DNA of 64,000 nt. It comes from Octopus sinensis. Taxonomy: Eukaryota. A program made the translations under genes and the position numbers. Location of the stretch: the NCBI RefSeq assembly GCF_006345805.1, contig NC_042997.1:120776001-120840000 (forward strand). Reading direction: 5' to 3'. The first letter of the stretch is position 1; each line of letters starts with the position of its first letter. The notes under the pieces are model-generated. The model saw nothing but the letters and a program-made list of their open reading frames with translations, made no database searches and had not been told where the DNA came from. This document shows, one piece after another, positions 26,176-38,800 of the stretch.

Positions 26176-26552
26176 AATATCATGACCGTTTATCACCTGC
26201 GTATCAATAGAAATATAAGCACACACGCGTTGAACATTTCATGCTTCAGGTAATGCTAGAGCACAGAAATTACGCCTGGCTGAATAAAACAAAAGAAAGA
26301 ACTGATGTATTAACAAGTGCATTAGGAAAATATATGAATTATATTGACTTTAGATAATTATCAGAAAGCATTATTTGAAATTGCTTTAGAGCTGAACATC
26401 AATTTATAGATTCTTGTATGACCTGTATACCTACTGCCCTACCTACCTACCTACATACATACATACATAAATACATACATACATACATACATAATACATA
26501 CATACATAATACATATTTGTCTAACTACCGATATACCAACCTACATACATAC

Positions 26553-26603
<51 letters not shown>

Positions 26604-26669
26604 CGTATATAGACACATACATCTTTGTGTACATATGTGTGTGTGTGTGTTTATATGAACATACACATA

Positions 26670-26743
<74 letters not shown>

Positions 26744-28169
26744 TTTACGCGTGTGGATATATATGAAATAATCGTATGCTGTGTACCTACGATACGTATA
26801 CACATACATGAAAGCGTAAGACGAATCTGTAAATGCCATCAACTGAATAAACAAATATATGCATAGATGTATATGCGTGCTATTGCTTTTAGCAGTGTGC
26901 ATGTGTGCGTGCAAACGTATGAGCTTGTGCGTGTATGTGCTTGTCTTTGAGAAACAGAGAGTGAAAGATAGATAAATAGAGAGAAAGAGAGGGAATGAGA
27001 GAAACAGAGAGAGGAGGAAGGCAGAGAAAGAATGTGTGAGAGAGATAGTGACAATGAGAGTGAGAGAGAAAGTAAGAGAGAAACTAAGCGAGAGACAGCG
27101 AAACAGAGAGATGGGGGCAGATTGGGAGAGAGAAAGGAGAGAAAGAGAGAGAGAGAGAGAAAATGGGAGAGATGGGACAGAGAGGGAGAGAGAAAGAGAG
27201 AGAGAAGGACAGAAACACAGAGTAAGTGACTAAGATTTTTCGTGCAGTTGAAAATGTCCATTTAATGGAATCAGCCACCCGGTTTTAATTTCCTTGAAGT
27301 TGCATTTATATACCTTTAAGTCATGAACATTATAATTTTCAATTTCCTATCGCTTATAAAACACAGTTTTGCAGCCTGTCTAAATGGACAGTGTAGTAAA
27401 TAATTTAACAGCTCTGAGACATGTGTGCTCTGAATGATAGTTTAACAGACATGTATCGTGCACTCTATTTTCAATCTGCATAATAACATAGGACGCGGAG
27501 AAAGGGTTAACGTTTATTTACTTAATTCTGTTATGTGGAGAATGAAAAAGAATATTGGATTTATAGAACGATTCAGTAGCTTTCAGAAATGAACGTTTAA
27601 CAATTTAAATACATTAATATATTTACATATTTCCGGAAAGTTTAAGGGGAAAATGATAATGCATTAATTTATTTTTACCATTGCTCCAATGAAAATATTT
27701 CAATTCAAAATTATATAAGCCCCCTTGAAGCACAAATTTAATTAATTTTATTAACTCTCAAAATAACTTTAGGGACCTAATCTCTCGAGAGAACATCATA
27801 ACAAACGAACATGATTTGTGTCGAAATTGACTTGAATTTATTCGTCCCTCTATAATATGAAGTGTTTCTTAATCTTCTTTGGGCACCAACTCTAAAACCG
27901 ACCTACGATGTTACTTCAAATAACAGACAAATGTATTGTATAAATAGACTGAGTAAAAGAAGATATATGGGTTGAATCATAACAAATCCTGAAGATATTG
28001 CATTAAAATTACAATTCTTACGATTCCAGACCGATATATTTAGTGTCTGTAAACTGATAATATATATTTTCTAATTTAGGTTTCTCATTTTCCCTGATTT
28101 CGTTACAGACATCAGTGGCAAAATCTTTGGGCTGCGTCAAAATTGAATGATAATGATGAAGATTATGAA

Positions 28170-28209
<40 letters not shown>

Positions 28210-28227
28210 TATATATATAATATATAT

Positions 28228-28268
<41 letters not shown>

Positions 28269-29169
28269 ATTAATTTAAAAAAGAAAAGGAAAAGAAAGCC
28301 CCCAAAATAAATAAAAAAGAGGACATAGCACAAGTAATGTAGTAAGTGGACGCTCGGTGAACGGGAAGTGTAGTTGTTTTACATTTTCTAGCATAGGTCT
28401 TCTGCTGAAAGAGGAATATCAGTTAAGTCCAAGGAAAAGAATCACTAGTGATCAACGTACAGTTATATATCTACATACATACACACACACTTACACACAC
28501 ACACACACACACGCACGCACAAATGCATATACGCACAAATATACTAAATGTGCTCACTGTTACTGTGTGCATCAATGTGTGTGTTTGTGTGTGTGTTTCT
28601 GCTTACATAAATGCCTGATATTAAGGATAAATATGCTGATGTCATATTTTACATGTATTTAAGAATTCATTCATTGGCCTACGTCACGGAACATAGCATT
28701 TGAAATGCAACGGTGCATAAATCATTTCATTTGCAGGGAAATTTTAAACTCCGTTCTCGAATAACATGTTCATTTATTATCTGGAATGCCTATTCTCTGG
28801 TATAAAATTTACAGTGCATTATTTAGTAACCAGTTTAATGAAATAACTTTTATTAGATTTTCATAGCAAAATAGATATAGTATTTTCGGTCTTTTAAGCA
28901 ATATATTAATTATAAAAGTGTTATGTCGCACGTTCGGATGCCTTCTACTCAACTCTGCACCACTCTCTCTGGCGTCTAGAATTCTCCCTCTATATCTACG
29001 TATTGGGCTAGCCTAATTCATCGTCTGGGGGCGTCCACACAACAAAAAGATTTATAAATTTCTTTCTCAAGAATCAATAGGTGTCATTTAAATGCAAAAA
29101 AGAAAAAAGATATCAGGCTATATTGTGCAACTACAGAAGATAAGTATTGAATCACACAGCGTAGTTTAA

Positions 29170-29660
29170 CTCCGAACCGTTCTATAGTATGACGCTTCTT
29201 TCTTGATACAGTATCCGACTCTATCATTGGATGTCTCTGTTAATCTCATTCCACCTTCTATCACGACATGCCGCTCATCACAATTATCAAGCACATTTTC
29301 ATCATAGATATCTTGAATAGTTATGAAACTTTGTTGAGGACACGAATTCTCAAAGTCGGTGATATAAAGGTTTCCCTAATATGACGGGTTCGGTAAAATA
29401 AATACTGTTTAAAAGTTAAGTTTTCTTTCACACTTACTCATTGAGAACTAAACTGTCCAAGGCAACAAATCTACAATAAAGATAACAATACTGCAAATAC
29501 TTTCACTATGGAACTATAGCAACGAGCGTAACTTATATAACAGTTTGTTGATCTGTGTAGTTTATTGTTAAATCAGTTGGCCAGGACACCAAGCAAAGTG
29601 AAATATTATAGAAACTTATATAAACGACGGAAAAGTAGCGATAATAAATGAAAACCAGCA
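29170..29660 (-). pseudogene. Kinase-like relic (hinge to activation-segment region)
   Basis: In order, with stops and frameshifts: KYGTCWFSFI, FAWCPGQL (hinge-like), FIVDLL, ERKLNF*TVFI (catalytic-loop-like), GNLYITDFENSC (DFG-like). Confidence 0.4.
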
Positions 29661-30819
29661 TGTTCCATACTTAGAATGGTGACATACTAAAGTTGCTAAG
29701 CAGTAAATTTATGATTTTCTTCATACGTCAGTGAGATCACTAAAGAATTCAATGTGGTATTGATTTTGTCTTTGCTATACAGCAAGTTACTTCGTAATTT
29801 TTTGCTTAGCTATTGTGTAATGTTATGGCAGATACCGACAGGAGGATAATTTTAGTAATTCACTTACGTTGGTGGCTGTAGGCAGCGGTTTATTTCTTTG
29901 ATGCGAATGCACTGCATTATGTAATGACAATAGTTGACATGTTTTCTGATGTAGCCTAAAAGATATTTCAATCAGAATGTTAACATAATCTGAAATAAAT
30001 ATGCTTCTTAAGTACTTCCCCAGGCAATCGTTAATGCATTATTTAAGAAAAAGCCCAAAAAATAAAAAAATAAAACGAAAACAATAAAAAAATCTCTATT
30101 TCTCGCAAAGTGTGAATGAAATTTTAGGGTATTTACAATTAAAATGAACAAGACTATAACATAAAAGGAAAACTAAAGTAGGATGTATCTCTTATGATAA
30201 AAGATGTTTCTTAAAAAAAAATAAAAAGGAATAAAAATAAATCTCGAAATCAATTTCTTAAAGAAACTCGACTTTAACAAGATTCCGATTTCCAAAGAAA
30301 AGTTAATTAGTCCATATAAGCTGAAGACGTTAAGCTTTGTTCTTTATGCAGGATTTGTCTCATTTAATTAAAAGACACTACTTTAAAATAATTAAACTCA
30401 ATTTGGGAATATAAACACGGATTCTTTATGTAGACTGCTATTTACTGCAGAAAAAGTTAAGTAGTGTATATAAACGGAAGATGTGAAGATACCTTTGATT
30501 ATGTTAAAATAAAGTGTATACAGGTAAGGTATTGGCACACGGTGGTAAATTTCAAATATGTACGGTTGAATCTGACTCATCGTATTGTGTAAAGCTGAGA
30601 AGGGGATAAGCTGCCTTACAAGAAGGTATATGTAATATAAAGATTCCATGCATAAATTGAATCCATTTCAACATTACTTACACTGCCGCTGTTTAAAGAT
30701 GGAATGTGACTTCATAATATCACATGATGGCAGCTATTTGCTTTTATCCACAACAGTTTGTGTATTGAGGCACATGAAGCAAGGGAGATAATATTTAACC
30801 GGGCTGCAGCTCGATTATG

Positions 30820-31345
30820 ATGAGGATGATTGCAGCGACGACGACGAAGATGATTATGTTGCTGTTGCTACTGCAGAAGTTGATGATGATGATGTTGGGG
30901 ATGATGGCAATTGTGATGATGATGATGATATTGGCGGCGGCGGCGGCGGTGGTGGTGGTGGTGCTGAAGATAATAACTGAGGTTATGGTGATGTAGGTAG
31001 CGGTTGTAGGGAGAGATAGTTCTTGTTGTGTTGGTAGTGTTGTTGGTGGTGGTCGTCGACGTGAAGATGGCGCTTGCAGAGTAGGTTGGGCAGCGAGTTG
31101 TTAAGATCACTGTGGTGGTTATTGTTATTGTTGTTGTTGTTGTCTTCTTCTTCTTCTCCTTCTTCTGCTTCTTCTTTTTTCTCTTCTTCTTCTATTTCTT
31201 CTTCTTCTTCTTCTGCTTCTTCTTCTTCTGCTTCTTCTTTTTCTCTTCTTCTTCTTCTTCTTCTTCTTCTTCTTCTTCTTCTTCTTCTTCTTCTTCTTCT
31301 TCTTCTTCTTCTTCTTCTTCTTCTTCTTCTTCTTCTTCTTCTTCA
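30820..31345. repeat. Compound trinucleotide microsatellite (GAT/GGC/GGT/GTT/CTT)
   Basis: Directly visible. Confidence 0.97.
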
Positions 31346-31629
31346 AATCAGGATTCAGGCCATTAGTCACAAAGAATAATCTTTAATTCGAGCCTACTCT
31401 AAGCTACTAAGAATGCGTGTGGCAACTTGAAGATCCACCCACCACACGCAATAGACTGGCAGTTGCACGGGCGCGAAAGCTACATTGTTATCCTCATTCC
31501 GTAAACAGTGGCTTTTAATGGGTGGAGAGCTGAACCATCCTGGGATAAAGAAGATTTGCAATTTAGACTAGGGTCTGAAAGTTTACAACACCATAGTGAG
31601 TTTCACCATCATTTCTCTGCTTTGTGGCA

Positions 31630-31827
31630 GAAGTAGGAAGATAGAGTGAGAGCAAGTTGTGGTGAAAGAGTGCAGCGGGGTTAACCACCCCCGCGCACCG
31701 CCGGAGTCTCGTGGAGCTTAGGTGTTTTTGCTCAGTAAACACTCAGAATGTCCGGTCCGGGAATCGAAACAGCGTTCTTACAATGGCGAGTCCGCTGCCT
31801 TAACCACTGGGTCATTTCGCCTCCACT
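31630..31827 (-). mobile_element. tRNA-derived SINE, 5' part
   Basis: Reverse complement of the 25774-type head and core. Confidence 0.8.
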
Positions 31828-32342
31828 GTTGTGATTGTAGCAGCGAACTCCAGGTAACAAATAACATGTTGTTACGTAAAAACAGACTGGGTGTTTGAAG
31901 ATAACTTCATTACATTGATTTCACATCTACACTTAATACTTTTCTATCACATGCAAACTTTATGAAATTAGTTTCTAATTATTTTGTGCATTCACTAGCT
32001 TCAACACATGATGTTGCTTCTTTTCACTTGACATAATACGTGACATATAACAATTATATTTCACATATTTTTTTTTTTTTATATAATTCAACATTTAAAA
32101 GACTGATTCTTATAAACCACGAACACATCTTGCACACTGTGCATATTCAGCGTAGAGACACAGCACAGCAGAGACTGTGAAGGCTAGTATGCAGAGTATA
32201 ACCACTATAATGATTATAGACAGTATCGGCTGGCATACGAAGTATAGACATTATACATAATATAGATATCATAGGCATCAAGCATGGTGAAGAAATTTGG
32301 CGGGAGAGGAAATGAAATTTGCATATATTATATTGATTCTAG

Positions 32343-32640
32343 TGGAGGCATATGGCCTAGGGGTTATAGCAGCGGAGTCGCGGTCGAGGGATCGCGGATT
32401 GGAATCGCAGACCGGGCGATGTGTGTGTTTATGAGCGAAACACCTAAGCAACACGCGGTTCCGGCATAAGGTAATGGTGAACTTCTGCTGACTCTTGCGC
32501 CACAACTTTCTCTCACTCTTTCTTCATGCATCTTGCAGCTCACCTGCGACGGAAAGGCGTCCAGTCAGGGTGGGGAACCTATACGCCAAGGAAACCGGGA
32601 AACCTTATGAGCCAGGCGTTGCTCGAGAAGGAACAAACAT
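32343..32640 (+). mobile_element. tRNA-derived SINE (subfamily shared with 41815-42098)
   Basis: Head tggaggcatatggcctag..gaccgggcgatgtgtg; tail ggaaaccggga..cttatgagccaggcg..ctcgagaaggaacaa. Confidence 0.85.
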
Positions 32641-32689
32641 ATTGATAATAATGAACGTCCGCTGTTGTGGACGTTGGCCAAGCGCACCA

Positions 32690-32950
32690 TATAGAAGGAG
32701 AAGCTAGGTCATGGTGTGTTCTGCTGTGCCTCCTCAGTTTGAAGCGTGCTCAAAAGAGTCTGCTGCAGGTCGGACACTGGCGGTCTCTAAAGAATGAAGT
32801 TAGCTCGAGACTTGCGCAGGTAATGCTTCCTTCTGAACCCGTGGTCCAGTTCTGTTCGTAAAAGGGACCATAAACGCATACGAAAGGACTAAGTATACTC
32901 AATTGGCCATGTCCAGGACTATGCCATGTTAACAGGGACGACAGATCGGC
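32690..32950 (-). mobile_element. Probable RTE LINE 3' end with a terminal C2H2-type finger
   Basis: Minus strand QCPTCSRLF*ARFKLRRHSRTH (Cx2Cx12Hx3H). A single finger with an internal stop; a host ZNF relic is an alternative. Confidence 0.45.
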
Positions 32951-33125
32951 AACCGAAACGGTTGAGAAACTGAAATATAGAAAATACAAAATAGTGCATA
33001 ACAGATAAGGAGAAGGACTTGTATTGGCACTGGAATTCACGGTCCGAAGAAATAAATAGAATATAGTGCGTAATTAAAGCACAGAGGATAAAAATATAAT
33101 GTAATGGTTTGTATATATGTATATA

Positions 33126-33194
<69 letters not shown>

Positions 33195-33594
33195 ATATAT
33201 ATATCTGTATGTATACATATATATCTATGTATATATGTATATATACATAAATATATAAATGTATGTGTGTGTATGTGAATACGAGGTGGTATTAAAACGT
33301 TCCGGGCTAGTTCCGTAGCATGCCAAACGATCGCAGCACACGGTGGAATTCGCAGTGAGAGCTAATTCTGACCTTCTTGCTGATGTCTACAAGCGCTTAG
33401 CGGTATAGAGGCAACGTGCCTTCTGAAATCCCAGCTACACGTTAATTGTTTTAAATTCATATTTTATTTCAATTAATGAAGTTATAAATTTTAAATTAAC
33501 AATTTTATTTTGGTGTTTTTCGAATATATATTCACTGCAATTCAGTTATTGTGTATAGATTCTCTAATCCAAAATTAAATTTATATCTTCTGTA

Positions 33595-33817
33595 TATGAA
33601 GAGGGTGTTGAAAATTTCTTGGCTTTAATACTATCGTCAAAAGATTGGCTGGAGGCCCAACTTGTCGATTTCTTTTAGAGAGCTTAGAACAACTGCGCGA
33701 GTGCTGCAAAAAGTGTGTGAGTTGTTTTCGGGGAATATGTTAAATAAAATCATAATAAACTGATCCTCTTGTATTTTGTTTTACAGAAAGCCAGAAAAGT
33801 TTCAGTGCCCCATCATA
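33595..33817 (+). mobile_element. Mariner-derived MITE
   Basis: ~30-bp imperfect TIRs (tatgaagagggtgttgaaaatttcttggcttt / aaagccagaaaagtttcagtgccccatcata) with TA ends. Internal LEQLRECCKKCV..GEYVK* resembles a mariner transposase C-terminus. Confidence 0.7.
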
Positions 33818-34756
33818 TATTTGCGACACTGGTTGCACTGAGTTATGATTTCAATCATTCACTACAAATACATGCCATCGTTCTATATATATATATATGT
33901 ATGTATAATTTCATTCCTCAGGACAATACGGTTCTAAAAGTGGATCCCAAATAAGGCAAGCATCCACACTGAAGAATATTTGACTTTGCTATCATTTATA
34001 GCATACGGCACTACACCCACCTAAATGTTTTCCTTCGATTCTAGTGACGACAATCTGCAAAGCCTATTTGATAGTTCTGTGCAAATTTCCCCTCTCTAAC
34101 ATAACACAATTTAAAGCATGAGCGGGTATATTTATATATATTACAAAGAAAATTAACTAAATATTTTAAACAAATTTTGATTCACTTTATTGAATTTGAG
34201 CTTATAAAACAATCGTTCAGAACATTAAGATTTAAAATTAGATTATTGATCAAACCTCTGGTAATTTCTGTCAAAATCTCAGCATTTATTTGGTAAAAAA
34301 GCAGACTCATACGTCATATACATGAACGAAAATACAGATTTTGTGACAGTTATAAATACGTTATATTACATAACGAATGTGTTAAGTATTCAGGTCGATT
34401 ATATTGAATTCCAGATAGTGGCAACACTTCCACTTAAAGCAATAATATTTAATTCATGTATGTTGGAACACTAGACTTTAATATCGCCATTATCGAACTA
34501 CTAAAAGCTATTTCGTTTCATCTAATTCCATTACCATTGTGTATTCCACTGTGGTCAACTGACAGATAAAAATGGAATCAGGCTTTATATCACGAAACGA
34601 CGATTTTAATTATCACCATAATAATGTATTTTTAATAATGAAACGTGTAGTATTTATAGTTCAATGAATGGTTACCTTTATATTAAGTGTTACCTTCCTT
34701 GTATAAAACGACGTAAAACTTGCAAGTATTTTGTATCTTCAGAAATATTGAATATC

Positions 34757-34850
34757 CCACTGCGTGGCATCTTAGGCAAGTATCGGGTCGACCAAAGCCT
34801 TGTGAGTGGATCTGGTAGATGAAAAATGAAAGAACCCCTTCGCGTATATA
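34757..34850 (+). mobile_element. CORE-like SINE fragment
   Basis: cccactgcgtggcatcttaggcaagt..gaccaaagccttgtgagtggat.tggtaga. Confidence 0.75.
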
Positions 34851-34852
34851 TG

Positions 34853-34926
<74 letters not shown>

Positions 34927-36281
34927 TGTTGACACAATTACTTTATCCATCTTAGCATGTGTGTGTGTCTATGTGCATGTGTGTTTAACTACACACACGC
35001 ATGCACACATTCACGCACATACACATATATTTGAACGAATATTTTACGTTTAACGCTAAAAATTGGCAAGAGATTTAGCGTTCTGTTCATGAGTCCTTCG
35101 AGAGTAGAGCATAGAAGACATCAAGAGGAGAAATATGAATAACGAAAAGAGGTTGAAAGCGAACGTAAATTTAGGTACCAAGGGGGAATGCGTTTCTATT
35201 TGAGAAATAAGGAAGTAGGCGATGGTGGAGTGGGAACAGGTATAAAAGCGCAACTGCATTTAGAGATTGGCGGAAGTCAGGAGTGATCTCGGTGTGACCT
35301 GTGGTTCATGCAAGTATGAAAATATATTAATTTACTGGAAGTATAAGGTATAAGGAGATAGGTGTGAGAGTGTGTGAGTGTGTATGTGCACGTGTGTTAG
35401 CTGACCGTGGAAGTGAAAATGTTGGCAGATATAAGAGGACTGTAGGTTAGAAGAAGTGTATACATGAGAGATGCGGTTAGAAAGTTACGAACAGGGAGGT
35501 ATAATGTGGGGTGAATGTTTAGAGTTAGGAAAGAGAAAAGCCGGAAATACAAAAAAAAAAGGCAATACAATACTAGTGAGGAAGTGAACAATAGGGAATT
35601 GTTGCACGTTTTAGGAGAGGAGAGGATTGACAGGTAATTTGGAGAAAAAGCACGAATGAATGAAAGACAAATAATTACAAGTAAACACCCATTGAAATTA
35701 TATATAAATATTATTATTTCTAAATCTCTCTAAAGGAGACTACTGCAGCAGTACTAGATATTAACTATTATCGCTAGGCTAAAATGGCAGTCCAGAAAAA
35801 TTGGAGGAATGCTGCCGTTGATTAGCTACAAGAGGCCATCGCCTCTACCTAGCTATTATTAATACACAAGTGTTTTTATTGCATTGAAATTACATTACAT
35901 AGTGCACTAGATGAGTGAAGGTAAAGAGATATTTTACCATAATTTATATAGCAATAAGAATAAGAATATATAGGTGGTTCATCAACGTTTAGACGTTATT
36001 TTAATATAACTTACTTATTTATTTACTAAACTGTTAATTACAATAATATGCATACATATAACATATTATACTTTACATATAAGATATAAGATATATGAAT
36101 ATATAAGGATACCAGTAATCATTATAAAATTTATAAGTTAACATAATGTAATGTCTAAAATTTGATGAATCGCCTATTGATCCCCTCCATTTTCTTATTG
36201 CTATATATATATATATATATCAGTCGCCGGTAATTCCAAAAGTTTTTTTTTATTTATTCTGCCTCTGTTTATTTCCATGAA

Positions 36282-36570
36282 AAGGCAAAGTCGACCTCAG
36301 CGGAATTTGAACTCAGAACGAAAAGACAGACGAAATACCTATTTCTTTACTACCCACAAGGGGCTAAACAAAGAGAGAGCAAACAAGGACAGACAAACGG
36401 AATAAGTCGATTATATCGACCCCAGTGCGTAACTGGTACTTAGTTAATCGACCACGAAAGGATGAAAGACAAAATCGACCCCGGCGGAATTTGAACTCAG
36501 AACGTAACGGCAGATGAAATACCGCTCAGCATTTCGCCCGGCGTGCTAACGTTTCTGCCAACTCGCGGCT
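36282..36570 (-). mobile_element. Meta-domain-like SINE, one full and one partial copy
   Basis: aaggcaaagtcgacctcagcggaatttgaactcagaacg, then tcgaccccagtgcgtaactggtactta..ggcggaatttgaactcagaacg..gccaactcgcggctt. Confidence 0.8.
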
Positions 36571-36777
36571 TCTATTCCTCAGGAATTTTCGAACACAAAG
36601 ACAATAGAAATGGAAATGTCAAATATAGAGATTAAGAGACCTTTGAAATGTCTCTGGCAACAAGAAGGTGTCACCTCTTTCTTCTGGGTACATAGTATCA
36701 CATACATGCATGCATTCATACATACATACATACATATCGTATACATACATTAACATATAGATGTATACGTATCCTAT

Positions 36778-36816
<39 letters not shown>

Positions 36817-37059
36817 CATACACACATATGCATATGTTCTTGTGTGTTTGTGTGTGTGTGTTTATTGTATGTGTGAGTGTGAGTGATATAACTGATATAA
36901 TTTTCGAAAGACAATATTCAGTTCCCAATTTTCCCACATAATTTAAATTTTAGCTCACTACATGGATCTCAGGTATTTGAGGAATGTGACACAAGTATCT
37001 GGCCTCAAATGGTAGCCACAGCGTTCGTAGGAAATCAATTGAAATGGAAAATTGCAGTC

Positions 37060-37740
37060 ACATTTTTGGAATAGTATTAACAAGAAATATGAAATTAGCG
37101 AAGAGAAATCTCCAAGGACCGCAGCAAATTAAGTAATAAGTATTTTGTTCAGCGACATGGTGAGTTGCTTTAAATGTGCGCTGTTGGTCAGTTAGAAAGT
37201 ATATTGTATGAATAATGTAGGTTGCACACCTCTTTTCAATTTGTACGTCAAGCAGTTTTTGTATGCAGGAGGACTTATTACAACATCCCACTGCCTTTCT
37301 GCCACATACTTTAATTAGAAGGTAGAACGGGCAGAATGTTGTGTGAACACAGTTCATTTTTAGTTAATTTGAAAATTTTCATAAATATTACTATTGCATT
37401 AACTCCAATATTTAGTTGCAACTAATGTTCTATAAATGCTAGGAAATCATTCCTATGAATAGCGAGAGGTGTTATCAAATGCTGACTTACCAAATCACCT
37501 GAATGGACACGGTCAATGAGAATATCGTAATCCATTGAACTATAACAATGGTACTAATCTAGAGGCTGATCCCTGCTCGTTTAATCATAATAGCATGAAA
37601 CATGCTCAAAATTTCGGAGGTATCTTCATCTGTGGAGGGTATAGTAATATGAATTTCAGCCAAACTATTATTTATTGGACTGTTCAGCTTACAGAAATGA
37701 TGTGGAAGATATCAGTTTCCATGCGAAGATTTGTAACCCC
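37060..37740 (-). pseudogene. Kinase-like relic (alphaC to alphaF)
   Basis: In order: LRMETDIF, ILIDRVHSGDL (hinge GDL), ELCSHNIL (DLxxxNIL-like), LLIKVCG (beta8-like), TYYLICCG. Stops and frameshifts lie between the blocks. Confidence 0.45.
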
Positions 37741-37862
37741 ACCTCTCTCTCCTTCTCCCTCTCTCTCTCTCTCTCTCTATCTATTTATCTATAAAGGGAT
37801 ATATAATTTATGTATATATCTATATATATTATGTATATATCTATATATATATATATATATGC

Positions 37863-37918
<56 letters not shown>

Positions 37919-38219
37919 ATATATATATATATAAGGATGAGATCGTTATTTAAATATCGATATTATCAGGTGGCCAGCATGGGAATAAAATCATTCAAAG
38001 GTAATAATTATTATTAAAATTATAAGTTCGGATATCTAAGAGATACCACCACTCTGGAAATAGCAGCCAAAACATCACACTAAAAACCACATTAAACGTT
38101 CATACAGCACCAGGAGTGAAGGCAAAGAGACAAAATAAGCTGGCAAAATATACTAGAGTCAAATTTCGGTTGTTATTTCCAGTGTGCTGGTATCTCTTAG
38201 ATACCCTAAATTATAATGG

Positions 38220-38261
<42 letters not shown>

Positions 38262-38357
38262 TCATTCACACATGTATAAAAGTGAATACATGCATATGCA
38301 CGCACCTGTACACACATGCAAACACAGACAGACACATACAGACACGCACACACACAC

Positions 38358-38422
<65 letters not shown>

Positions 38423-38589
38423 TTATATATATATATATATATATATTATATAGTATATTATATATTATATATGATATATGTATAATATACAATATATATA
38501 TATATGTGTATATGTATATCATACACACACACGCACACATACACACACACACACACAAAGAAACACACACACACACATCTATATATATA

Positions 38590-38800
38590 AAGTTAATCCA
38601 AACATGAAAACACCAAGAGAAAACACAAAAACGCGAGGACGTGGAACAAATATAGTATGATTGAACGCTCAGGAAGAAAGGGAAGAAGGAGGATTTTACG
38701 TTTCGAGCGGAGCTCTTCGTCAGAAACATAGGAAAAGGAAAGATCCAGAGAAGGGAAGACGAAGGAAAAATAATCGACAACGGTACACACGCGGTCACGC
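38590..38800 (-). mobile_element. Short HHR-bearing element with its 3' end in (TA)n (family also at 60640-60790)
   Basis: Shares ccacgtcctcgcgtt and the HHR block with 60640-60790. Confidence 0.65.
38693..38727 (-). ncRNA. Minimal type-I hammerhead ribozyme
   Basis: GTTT-CTGACGA-A-GAGC tcc GCTC-GAAAC GTA-AAAT. Loop-less palindromic stem III (ACGT); one extra A after the core. Confidence 0.75.

Noticed and set aside
32690-32800. Host C2H2 zinc-finger gene
   Set aside because: A single finger with an internal stop and no TGEKP linker or neighbouring fingers. It fits an RTE terminal finger better.
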